Positions 35,850 through 44,249 of a stretch of 64,000 bases of DNA are shown here, piece by piece (position 1 is the stretch's first letter; each line of letters begins with the position of its first letter). Position numbers and translations under genes: made by a program. Origin of the DNA: a virus. Under the pieces are notes generated by a model, which was not told the DNA's origin, made no database searches, and saw nothing but the letters and a program-made list of their open reading frames with translations. The DNA lies in IMG/VR virus record IMGVR_UViG_3300003322_000128, positions 1 to 64,000 of that record; one strand, given 5' to 3'.

Positions 35850-36134
35850 ACATCCACAGCTGTGGATAAACCTGTGGATAACTTCGCTACTCTCTGCAAT
35901 GTTACTTTACAGTATGTGAGAAAAGCTCTGTACGCCCTTCTAAGAGCCTCCCAGGGATGCCAATAGGCGACCACCCCAGGACACCCGCGAAAGGCCGTTA
36001 GACGCGATTTTCACGTTGTGTAGTATCTGATGGAGTGTCAGAGAACCAACGAAAGCGCAGGTCAGACACTGTTTTTCAATCTGACAGCGTGTCAGGTTAC
36101 CGGCCAGTGGTCACAGACTGCTGACTGTGGATAA
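35850..36134. promoter_or_regulatory. DnaA-box cluster
   Basis: TGTGGATAA at 35861, 35873 and 36126; imperfect opposite-strand ACATCCACA at 35850. Confidence 0.7.
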
Positions 36135-36347
36135 CTTTCTTTACCTAAACGTTACGAAGACACGCCGACATAGGGGTTGACAATCTTTAAAAAATTTGCA
36201 TAGGGGGAAAAGCCGGCCACTTAGGTAAAATTTTGGTAAAGAAAATCAGAAATGGTTGACACAGACTGAGAGTGCCTGTATTTCGCGCACACTCACACAC
36301 TCGCCGCATGTTGGGAGCGGCTAGGTTACTCGCGAGTTAACTAACGA

Positions 36348-36363
36348 TGTGACGCACGTCACA
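36348..36363. promoter_or_regulatory. CRP-type site
   Basis: Perfect TGTGA-N6-TCACA. Confidence 0.55.
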
Positions 36364-36469
36364 CAAATAGCATGGGAAAGGTTAGGCATGCTAAACATGG
36401 CCTCTGACCTGCGAAAACTCACAAAACCGCAGGTCAGAGCATAGGCTAGTGTTTACCTCAGAACGAACG

Positions 36470-36536
36470 GCCCGGAGGAAAGCCCCGCAAGGGGCGAGTA
36501 CAAAGGAAGTCGCGGTTACTTGAGAACTAAATAGCG
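36470..36536 (+). promoter_or_regulatory. rRNA-operon-leader-like antitermination element (boxB hairpin plus boxA)
   Basis: GCCCGGAGGAAAGCCCC-GCAA-GGGGCGAGTACAAAGGAAG...GTTACTTGAGAACTAAATAGCG; matches my recollection of Streptomyces rrn leaders. Confidence 0.7.
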
Positions 36537-36539
36537 GGA

Positions 36540-36870
36540 TTCAGAAACACATTACGCACAAGGAAACTCGCGGGTCACTGCCTAGAGGTCTAGCTAGGAA
36601 ATCACCCCTTACATTCTGCGAGTTGAATTGACATTCTCGGCACTTTGCCAGGATTAGCGAACGGGCGGTTCTTCCCTTTCCGATATGCCAGGAAATATCG
36701 ACCGTCGAATATAGTGCGATTCCTTTTGGGATAGCGGTAGATATCCAATGCCACTAAAGGGATTCAAGTAGCGAAATCCAGCGGGTGTTTTGTTTGTCAG
36801 TCGAAAGTGCGCCGTGTCCCGATTATCTAGGGACTGTGGCTTTAGACGCTTACCCTTTCGAGCGTCTAGT
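36540..36870 (+). ncRNA. candidate large structured leader or ncRNA
   Basis: No credible + strand ORF; nested helices (see findings). Confidence 0.55.
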
Positions 36871-37306
36871 GTCCACAAAGGAATTAGGGAAGAAAGTGAG
36901 TCATCATGACGACTGCCGCTCCTGCCAAGAAGACTGCCGCCCCGCGCAAGCGGGCGACTAAGAAGGCTGTCAGCACTCCTCAGACGGCCGAACAGACGAC
37001 GACTGTGTCTGTTGTTGACCCGGACGTCTACGTGCCCCCTACGGGGCTTGCAGAGGGTTTCCAGAGTGATGGGTCCGGCCCGCTGTTGGATGACCGTCTG
37101 ACTCCGCGTGCGCTGGAGAACCTGACAGAGCTTGCCACGGACGGAAACACGAACACGGCCCGAAAGTACTGGATTGCCGTGCTGGCAAAGTACGGCGTCA
37201 CGGTTCCTTTTGTGCCGGTTGACGAAAGCGAGTAAAACCGCCGCGCAAAACAACTGAATAGCAATTCCCAAACAAACAACCCCCTAATTCCTCTGCGGAC
37301 ACTAGA
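36865..37306. repeat. 25-bp inverted repeats (23/25 match) flanking one gene
   Basis: TCTAGTGTCCACAAAGGAATTAGGG (36865-36889) and CCCTAATTCCTCTGCGGACACTAGA (37282-37306). Confidence 0.85.
36906..37235 (+). CDS. hypothetical protein with histone-like AKKTAAPRK N-terminus
   Basis: First ORF of the putative early block. Confidence 0.7.
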   Translation: MTTAAPAKKTAAPRKRATKKAVSTPQTAEQTTTVSVVDPDVYVPPTGLAEGFQSDGSGPLLDDRLTPRALENLTELATDGNTNTARKYWIAVLAKYGVTVPFVPVDESE

Positions 37307-37322
37307 AACCGGAGGAAAAGTA

Positions 37323-37724
37323 ATGGACGCAATGACCGCAAAGGTTGCTCTCCGCATTCTCAAGAAATTGAAGCAGCGTGAGGCGGAATACTGGGAGGCT
37401 CGCCGCTATTGGTATGAAAGCGGTGATGGACGTCCGTCCGATTGGCGAGTTGACCCGGAAACGGGTCGGCACTGGAATGCAGGCGGTAAGGGTTGGACCT
37501 ATCCGGAATGCATTCATGGCACTTCCCGTTGGACGGATTATGACAACATTTGTGGCGGGTGTGAGGATGGATATTCCATCTATCAACTCGCCATTTGGGA
37601 GGCCCAAGAAAAGGTCGCTCAATTCAAGGAACGTGCCGAATGGGTTGGGGCAATGCCTAGTTCCTTTAGGCACACGGAAATGTATCATGACGTGCTCGAT
37701 TGGGTTTTCGAGACCGTCCGGTAA
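37323..37724 (+). CDS. hypothetical protein
   Basis: GGAGG RBS; CIHG...DYDNICGGCEDG. Confidence 0.75.
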   Translation: MDAMTAKVALRILKKLKQREAEYWEARRYWYESGDGRPSDWRVDPETGRHWNAGGKGWTYPECIHGTSRWTDYDNICGGCEDGYSIYQLAIWEAQEKVAQFKERAEWVGAMPSSFRHTEMYHDVLDWVFETVR

Positions 37725-37798
37725 TTCCAAGCTGTAGGGATTTGGGGGCGTTATCCGAAAGGATGACGTTCCCCATGTCCACACAGAGGGGAAACGCA

Positions 37799-38272
37799 AT
37801 GCAGCACTACAACCCGACCAAACCGCTTACGTTGGACAACTATGCTATTCAGGTTGACTATTACCTGAATGGTGAAAGCGGCGAAAAGTGCGCGCGGTTC
37901 GGTTCGGCAAAGGAATTTGCCGAATGGATGGACTCATTCGACTACAGTTCGGGTGACATTACTGGCTGGACTGGCGACAGTGCGACCATGCAGGCGGTAA
38001 ACAGTTACCGCAATGACAGGCCATACCGCGCAATTCCGGAGTTCATCACGGAATTCAACACGAACGATGGTAGTTCGGAAATCGTTGGGGCAGACCAATT
38101 CCACAATTTGCGTCGCATGTTTACCCGCGACCGCGATAACTACCGCGTTTACCGGCATTACGCCGATGACGCAAAGGTCTACTCGGTAATGTACGTCGGA
38201 AAGGGGGATGCCCGACTTTCTTCCTACGTCTGGCATGTTCCTTTTGGAGCGGATGAAATTCCGATTTCCTGA
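37799..38272 (+). CDS. hypothetical protein
   Basis: GAGGGG RBS. Confidence 0.7.
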   Translation: MQHYNPTKPLTLDNYAIQVDYYLNGESGEKCARFGSAKEFAEWMDSFDYSSGDITGWTGDSATMQAVNSYRNDRPYRAIPEFITEFNTNDGSSEIVGADQFHNLRRMFTRDRDNYRVYRHYADDAKVYSVMYVGKGDARLSSYVWHVPFGADEIPIS

Positions 38273-38396
38273 AAAGGAACGTGCGAGAATGAAAGGGGGT
38301 GGTTTCCTTGCGACGTAGGCGCAAGCGCAAATTACCCGGGTAAAAACCCAAGCTAATTGATTTGGCCCCGGGCATTCTTCGGAATGTTCGGGGAGC

Positions 38397-38834
38397 ATGT
38401 CCATTAGAAGGGTGAAGCAAATGGTGGATGAGTGGCATTACTATTCTGACCAATTCGATGCCCGCGAGACTGGGGAGCATGGTTGGCGGAAATCAAATGT
38501 GAAGCCACGGGAAAGCATCCTGCGTAGGGATTCAACACACCGCGCGGGAAGTCGTTGCGGAAAGCTGTGCGTTGACGGGCTGTGGCCTATTCCTAGGGAA
38601 TTGACGAGTGTCAAGCCTCCCCAGGGTCCGGGCCCATTCGGATTCACTTCCAATGAATTCGCGTGTGCTTGGTATGTGACGCAAAACGGCCGGATTTTCA
38701 AGCTCATTCGCCACCACGGGAACAATCACAATCTCGTGGTGGAAATTGCTTGGCAGATTCATCAGCCGTATTCATGGATTCCGAATTACCCCCGGACGCA
38801 AGTTTGGGATTGGGTCGGAGTTCAGAGCATCTAG
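38397..38834 (+). CDS. hypothetical protein
   Basis: ORF; start may be downstream. Confidence 0.55.
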   Translation: MSIRRVKQMVDEWHYYSDQFDARETGEHGWRKSNVKPRESILRRDSTHRAGSRCGKLCVDGLWPIPRELTSVKPPQGPGPFGFTSNEFACAWYVTQNGRIFKLIRHHGNNHNLVVEIAWQIHQPYSWIPNYPRTQVWDWVGVQSI

Positions 38835-38922
38835 TGACATTTAGTGTGTCAGGGGACGCACAAGCCTTTCCGGTTGTGCTTTCCCCTAATGCATTGAAAG
38901 TCAATGCATGAAAGGGGTCAAA

Positions 38923-39102
38923 ATGCGTACCTGCACCGTGAACGGCCGGACGGGCATCATCACTGCACAGAACGGTAAGAGTGGCGTTCCCGCCACTCAG
39001 GTTTTCGTTCTGTTCGATGACAACCGTCCGACCGAATCGGATGCTGCATGGTTCGACGTGTCCGCCGTTCTGCCCACGGGCATGGTGACTGTCACGTTCT
39101 GA
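38923..39102 (+). CDS. small SH3-like protein
   Basis: AAAGGGG RBS. Confidence 0.6.
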   Translation: MRTCTVNGRTGIITAQNGKSGVPATQVFVLFDDNRPTESDAAWFDVSAVLPTGMVTVTF

Positions 39103-39205
39103 GTGTCTGGGGACCGTTCTAAGCGACTCGGAACGGTCCCCCGGCCCGGTTGTCCAACCAAGCCACGAACGGCCGTTAGAACGGCACAGAGAGGTTTTTT
39201 GTACC

Positions 39206-39430
39206 ATGGCACGTACCAAGTGGGAAATCCTGACTGCCCGACTCGAAAAGGCACGGCAGGAAGTTGCCGAACTGGAAAGCATTATGCGGGGGATGGAAAA
39301 CACCCCGGATAACGTTGCATGCTCCGGTTGCGGTGAACAGTTCCGAGTGAATGCCGATTTCGCGCGGCATTTCAAGATTCCGAATGAGCAATTGCTCAAC
39401 ACGGGATATTGCCCCAACAATCCGCGATAG
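39206..39430 (+). CDS. hypothetical zinc-finger protein
   Basis: CSGC...F.RHF...CP. Confidence 0.65.
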   Translation: MARTKWEILTARLEKARQEVAELESIMRGMENTPDNVACSGCGEQFRVNADFARHFKIPNEQLLNTGYCPNNPR

Positions 39431-39439
39431 GGGCGAGAA

Positions 39440-39685
39440 ATGGAAAACGCGGAAAACTGCAAGGATTGTCGGACTCCTATCACCTTTGCTTATCGCGAAT
39501 GGTGGGATGAGAACGACGACAATACATGTCCCAAGGGTGGAACGCATTTCCCGTATTTCAAGACGGAACTTGCGCCTACTCCGGTTTTTTCGACTTCCGG
39601 GCCGATAGCGAAGAATCGCGAAAAGCGTTTCGTTCCGCTCCGGGCCCAAAGGGCACAAAGAAGGGGTTTGGTTACTGACGCTTAG
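39440..39685 (+). CDS. hypothetical Cys-containing protein
   Basis: CKDC...CP..G.H.P. Confidence 0.6.
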   Translation: MENAENCKDCRTPITFAYREWWDENDDNTCPKGGTHFPYFKTELAPTPVFSTSGPIAKNREKRFVPLRAQRAQRRGLVTDA

Positions 39686-39761
39686 TTGTCTTGGGATTGC
39701 CATTCTTTCGGGAATGGCATTGCCCAAAATGTCTAAGGGTTAGGCATTAGAAGGGGCTGCA

Positions 39762-40094
39762 ATGCTTATTCAGATTCTCGACATTCTCTCTCGCCAGATG
39801 CGGGGTCAGTCACTTACGACTGGTCTTGAAACGGCGCGAGAAATTGAGGCCCTGGTTAGGGAGACTTCCCCTAAGTCTCCCGTTCGTTCGAATCACTCGG
39901 ACGAGATTCCGCTTTCGGTCGATATGATTCGCGCGACTGCATGGGCCGAGCGGGCTTTCAATTCCGATGATTTGACGAATTACAAGATTCGTGCAATCAA
40001 GGAAATCCGCACGAATTGGAATTTGGGCCTTAAGCAGGCTAAGGACATTGCCGATAACGTTTACGGTTCGGCGCCTAAGTCCTATTGGGACTAG
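39762..40094 (+). CDS. protein with a ribosomal bL12 (L7/L12) C-terminal-like domain
   Basis: KIRAIKEIRTNWNLGLKQAKDIAD. Confidence 0.7.
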   Translation: MLIQILDILSRQMRGQSLTTGLETAREIEALVRETSPKSPVRSNHSDEIPLSVDMIRATAWAERAFNSDDLTNYKIRAIKEIRTNWNLGLKQAKDIADNVYGSAPKSYWD

Positions 40095-40186
40095 CTCTCT
40101 GCGCTTTATGGTGGTGGCCATTTCGGGCGGGTTTTGAAATGGCCATTCGCCAAATGCGTTAAGGGTTAACGCAGGAAAGGGAATCA

Positions 40187-40549
40187 ATGCGTACGGAAAT
40201 GGTTCACCTCACCAATGCGTTTGTCCGTTACTGCGCTTCCGCTCGGAAGCTTGGTTACGACACTACGGGTTGGGGGCTTACGGTCGGTTCTAAGACCCAA
40301 GGGAACCCCTACAAGGTTGGGGTGAAGGGTGAATGCGGTAAGAGTCTTCCTGGCATGGGAGATGGAGATATCGGCCGGACCCGTGGCGAGGCTTACGACA
40401 GGTTGGTTACCGCCGCGAACGTGCTTGACGACGTGTGCAAGCATCTTTACGGATGTTCCGGAGACGGCTATGCGAGTGAAATGCCGCATGACACTTTCGT
40501 TCGGGAATCTCTGCACGTTTCCGGATTTCATCAGTACTGCAATAACTGA
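40187..40549 (+). CDS. hypothetical protein
   Basis: GAAAGG RBS. Confidence 0.65.
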   Translation: MRTEMVHLTNAFVRYCASARKLGYDTTGWGLTVGSKTQGNPYKVGVKGECGKSLPGMGDGDIGRTRGEAYDRLVTAANVLDDVCKHLYGCSGDGYASEMPHDTFVRESLHVSGFHQYCNN

Positions 40550-40568
40550 ATAGAAAGGAAAAGACATC

Positions 40569-40760
40569 ATGCGAATTCAGCCGCGCCAAAGTGTTCAGAC
40601 TACTTGGAATCGAGCTATCAACGATTCGTTTTTCCGGTTTGAGCATTACGTTATTCCGGGCAAGGAATCCGCCACTTACGTTTATCGGCGGGTTTTCGAT
40701 TCGTGGACTCCCGATGGACGTTGGGAGCTGGAAAAGCTCATTCGGCTCTATGCTGAATAG
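40569..40760 (+). CDS. hypothetical protein
   Basis: GAAAGGA RBS. Confidence 0.6.
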   Translation: MRIQPRQSVQTTWNRAINDSFFRFEHYVIPGKESATYVYRRVFDSWTPDGRWELEKLIRLYAE

Positions 40761-40974
40761 CTGAATGTCCGGGGCACAATGTGTCCCGTGGCATTGTCTA
40801 TTCAGAGTGAGTAGGCAGGAAAGGGCATCATGCGGAAGATTCTTGGTGACATTGCGCTTACGGTCGTTGTCTTTGTGGGCGTTACTGTTGTCTGGAATTG
40901 GCTTTTCTGAGTAGCTGAATGCGGCGGGTATGCCTTTATGGATATCCGTTCGCATTGTCTACTTAGGAGGAGCA

Positions 40975-41130
40975 ATGCGGGAAGTTGCCAGTATCTATCT
41001 TTCCAGCAATGGAAAGGAATTCCTGATTTATGACAGAAACGAGCAATTGGTTTCTGTCAAGGCAATTAGCGACCTTGCCGATTTGGGAGAGACGGTTGTC
41101 AATACTGTCTCGGAAGCTATTGAGGAGTAG
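40975..41130 (+). CDS. hypothetical protein
   Basis: AGGAGG RBS. Confidence 0.55.
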   Translation: MREVASIYLSSNGKEFLIYDRNEQLVSVKAISDLADLGETVVNTVSEAIEE

Positions 41131-41132
41131 AA

Positions 41133-41471
41133 ATGCCCTACGGAACGATTTCGCCGGAAGTCAAGAATTTCGTCGAAATGCGTGCAAGGCAGGGGAACGT
41201 TTTCGGGCGCTTCGAACTTGAGCCGCAAACGTGTGAATTTCCCGATGACTGCGAAAAGGCGGAAAACTGCATCTGCTTTGTTCCGGGCCTTTCGCGAATC
41301 TCCATTATCGTCGAAGGTGCCCTAGACGAAGAATTCGAAATCCGGGGTGGCGGCTTTGAGGTCAACATTGCCGACTGGATTTCAGAATTCATGTTCTGTG
41401 AGAACGTCGGCAATTACTGGATTATGGTTTCCGACAGTGAGGGAAACCTGACTTACTCGGTAGAGGGGTGA
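41133..41471 (+). CDS. hypothetical protein
   Basis: GAGGAG RBS. Confidence 0.65.
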   Translation: MPYGTISPEVKNFVEMRARQGNVFGRFELEPQTCEFPDDCEKAENCICFVPGLSRISIIVEGALDEEFEIRGGGFEVNIADWISEFMFCENVGNYWIMVSDSEGNLTYSVEG

Positions 41472-41477
41472 CCAGCA

Positions 41478-41837
41478 ATGGCATGGGTTGAATTCACGCC
41501 GGGTGTTCCGGACATTGTCCGCGAATACCAAAGCAAGGTTGAGGACACAGAAAATGGAATCACCCTTTATGAAAACATCGGGTTGATTTCGGCAATTCGA
41601 AAGTCCGGGGACCGCTACTGGATTTACGAAACGGATTTCCGGGAAATGCTGGAAATTGACGTCACGGAATTGCAGCCGGGTGATGTTATCTGGCATTGCT
41701 TGGATGACGGCCCGGTTAAGAGTCACGAACCGTATTCGTCATATCCGACTGAGGAATTGGTTTCTTTTCGGTCTGGCACAGCTGAACGGTTCGGCAAGCC
41801 GCAAAAGTTGGGTGTTTTGAGGGGTGGGCAGTTTTAG
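41478..41837 (+). CDS. hypothetical protein
   Basis: GAGGGG RBS. Confidence 0.65.
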   Translation: MAWVEFTPGVPDIVREYQSKVEDTENGITLYENIGLISAIRKSGDRYWIYETDFREMLEIDVTELQPGDVIWHCLDDGPVKSHEPYSSYPTEELVSFRSGTAERFGKPQKLGVLRGGQF

Positions 41838-41937
41838 GCAGTAGATTGGTACATAGCTTGCTACAAAAAGGGGCTGTGTGCCTTTCTAGGGCCCCGGACA
41901 ATCGAGCCGGGGTCATTGCCTAGGGGAGGTCCTGAAA

Positions 41938-42294
41938 ATGGCTTACAGCGCAACTGAGTGCAAGGGTGACGGCATGGGGGACTACGGGCGTCCCTGCAAC
42001 GGATACGCGCGTACCGAATCGCCGTGTGCGGTATGCCTGCTGGCACACAAGCTCTATTCCACTGAAGAGAATTCGGCCGGGTTTGTTGAGGTAGAAGAGA
42101 CAGATAACTTCCCCATTACAGTAATTGCCTATAGAGGAATAAACACAGTAACAGTGAAGGGTATTCGCTGTGACTCAATCAGTACTCAGGTAGACAAGCG
42201 GGGCAATGCCCATCTGTCCTTTGAGTTCTACGAGAATGCAAACCGAATCGGTTACATTCCTTGCGTCGATTGGTACGAGACGGTATGCGAGTAA
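41938..42294 (+). CDS. hypothetical protein
   Basis: GGAGG RBS. Confidence 0.6.
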   Translation: MAYSATECKGDGMGDYGRPCNGYARTESPCAVCLLAHKLYSTEENSAGFVEVEETDNFPITVIAYRGINTVTVKGIRCDSISTQVDKRGNAHLSFEFYENANRIGYIPCVDWYETVCE

Positions 42295-42683
42295 AGGTAT
42301 GCAGGAAGTGTGCCCATGACATACCCCATCCTTTGGCACATTGGCATGTGTGGTGCCGTTACTGCCATAGGGTAAGGGTATTCAGGGGACCTAGCTGTAA
42401 GGTCTGTTACAGGAAGGCTAGGGCCCTTGTAGCAGACCTGTTCAAATAGGAACTACCCACTATCTTTTGGAAAGCACTAACTAAAAGTTAGTGTAAATGT
42501 AGGGTATTTGTGCGGCTATCTAGGCGCAATTAAGCCGCATTTCTGCCTGAATTCGGGCAAAAACAAGGGAAAAAGCATGTATTCGCTTGCATTTCTTGCA
42601 ATTACGGCCCTTTTCCTGATTGCCGCCTACTTTGCCGGGGTATTGCCGGGCGGTATTCAGTAGATACAGAAAGGTAAATACAC

Positions 42684-42971
42684 ATGCCTATTGCTATTCA
42701 GTATATGGATAGGCCCAATTCTCCTAATGGTGCATACTATGGGGGGTATTGTGTGAATGATGGTAGCAATACCGTATTCATAGAAACCCGGGCTGCAAAT
42801 AATCTCTTGCCTGTATATGCATGGCTAGGTAATGGAGATAGGGCTATTGGCAGGGAGGTCTATAAGACAGCTCTAGTTATGCCTAGCGTTACTCTCAATG
42901 CCAAGCAGTACAATACCTTGGTATGTTCTATTCCTACTCATGAGCAGAGGGCATATAGCAAAGGAGATTGA
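42684..42971 (+). CDS. hypothetical protein
   Basis: GAAAGG RBS. Confidence 0.55.
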   Translation: MPIAIQYMDRPNSPNGAYYGGYCVNDGSNTVFIETRAANNLLPVYAWLGNGDRAIGREVYKTALVMPSVTLNAKQYNTLVCSIPTHEQRAYSKGD

Positions 42972-43373
42972 GACAGAAATTCCCCCGAATTCTCCTGAAA
43001 TCAATAGGGGAAAGGCAATTGCAGCTAGTTCTATAACTGTAGTTGTGGGAAGTGGCTTTTCTGCCTTGGTCATCATTGCAGTCTCGTTTATCCTGGTCAC
43101 AATTCTTTGTGTCCTATGGGGCGTAGGGATTGCTATTTCGGCAGTATAGGAATTCTTTAGTGGGACCCCCGAGATAATTTCAAATGGGTCCCCCGAATTC
43201 TTTTTGAATTCAATATGCATTTGCTTTTATGGGCGCACTAATTGCAAGTGCGAATTCTATTTGCCGGCCTATATCATACATCTACAAAATTTTTTAACAT
43301 TTTGAATCTGGAAATTAGGTTACTTTGAGTTGATTGTAGCTAACTGAGAGTAATGGTCTGTAAACATAGAAAA

Positions 43374-43401
43374 TCCCCACACCCTTTTTGGGTGTGGGGA
43401 A
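43374..43401. terminator. hairpin or terminator at the convergence of the + and - blocks
   Basis: TCCCCACACCC-TTTTT-GGGTGTGGGGA. Confidence 0.6.
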
Positions 43402-43670
43402 GTCTTTCATGAATAAATCTGTGCATGCTTCTTACACATCATTCTCAAAACGCCTCTGAAGAAAACTTTTTGAAATGGTTTATTTTGACATCTTGCCATG
43501 AAGCATTTGTTGTCGTTTCCTGACCTGTCTTCTCTCTTTGGTCCGCTATGTCCCATAGTATTCCTTACTATGTTTTTTACATAGGAGGAGTGTTCTTCCT
43601 CTTACTTTTGTCTTATAAACCCGGCCGGATTTCTTACATAGGAAACACTTGCCAGTTAACTTCTCTTCGC

Positions 43671-43877
43671 TCATTCTTCCTCCATAGAAAATGCGGGATT
43701 AGGGGTAAAGGTCAATCCCTTCTCATGCATATCCGCCAATTGTGTAGCCTTAACAGGGTCATGTACAGACAACAAAGCAAGGTTGATATCATACAGTCTC
43801 ATAAGCATAATCAAGAGTACTGTTTGAAAATTTTCCGGGTCAAAAGCGAAGCCCGGCTGGATTTCTTCCTCACTCAT
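43671..43877 (-). CDS. hypothetical protein
   Basis: ORF in the minus-strand block. Confidence 0.6.
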   Translation of the reverse strand: MSEEEIQPGFAFDPENFQTVLLIMLMRLYDINLALLSVHDPVKATQLADMHEKGLTFTPNPAFSMEEE

Positions 43878-44033
43878 TGAATAAACAACAACTTATCATT
43901 ACGGTCTAGAACACACTTCAAATGCCCCACGAAAATATAGTTGGCGCCCTCTACTGTATTGGCACCAATCTTCTTTGCATACTTAATAATGTCCTTCTTG
44001 TTCTTACAACGAAGAAGGAGCTTTGCATTTGGT

Positions 44034-44249
44034 TCACTCACTGTATTCCTTCAATCTTTCAATCAAATCATGTAGAGCTTGATTTGCCAGGGCTGTGGCG
44101 GATGTAAGAGGTGGATACATTACCTTGTCTGACATATGAAGCCCGGCGTTTGCCTCGCTTTGTATTTGCAGATACTTTGTAACCTTCTCAAACACGCCCT
44201 CAACCTTTTCTAGCTCTCTAATCAAATCTTCGTTTTTCAAATTCTTCAC
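44034..44249 (-). CDS. hypothetical protein
   Basis: ORF in the minus-strand block. Confidence 0.55.
   Translation of the reverse strand: MKNLKNEDLIRELEKVEGVFEKVTKYLQIQSEANAGLHMSDKVMYPPLTSATALANQALHDLIERLKEYSE

Noticed and set aside
36475-36486. GAGGAAAGCCC as the 5' motif of RNase P RNA
   Set aside because: No matching 3' P4 motif was found downstream, and the flanks fit an rrn leader better
36654-37271. 205-aa minus-strand ORF and other long antisense ORFs (e.g. 3411-4040, 22076-22744, 38704-39483, 58284-58871)
   Set aside because: They shadow well-supported + strand genes and have no RBS or recognisable motifs
38338-38355. GGGT-AAAA-ACCC-AAGCTA as an element copy in the early region
   Set aside because: Only a 4-bp stem with a variant tail, too weak to count
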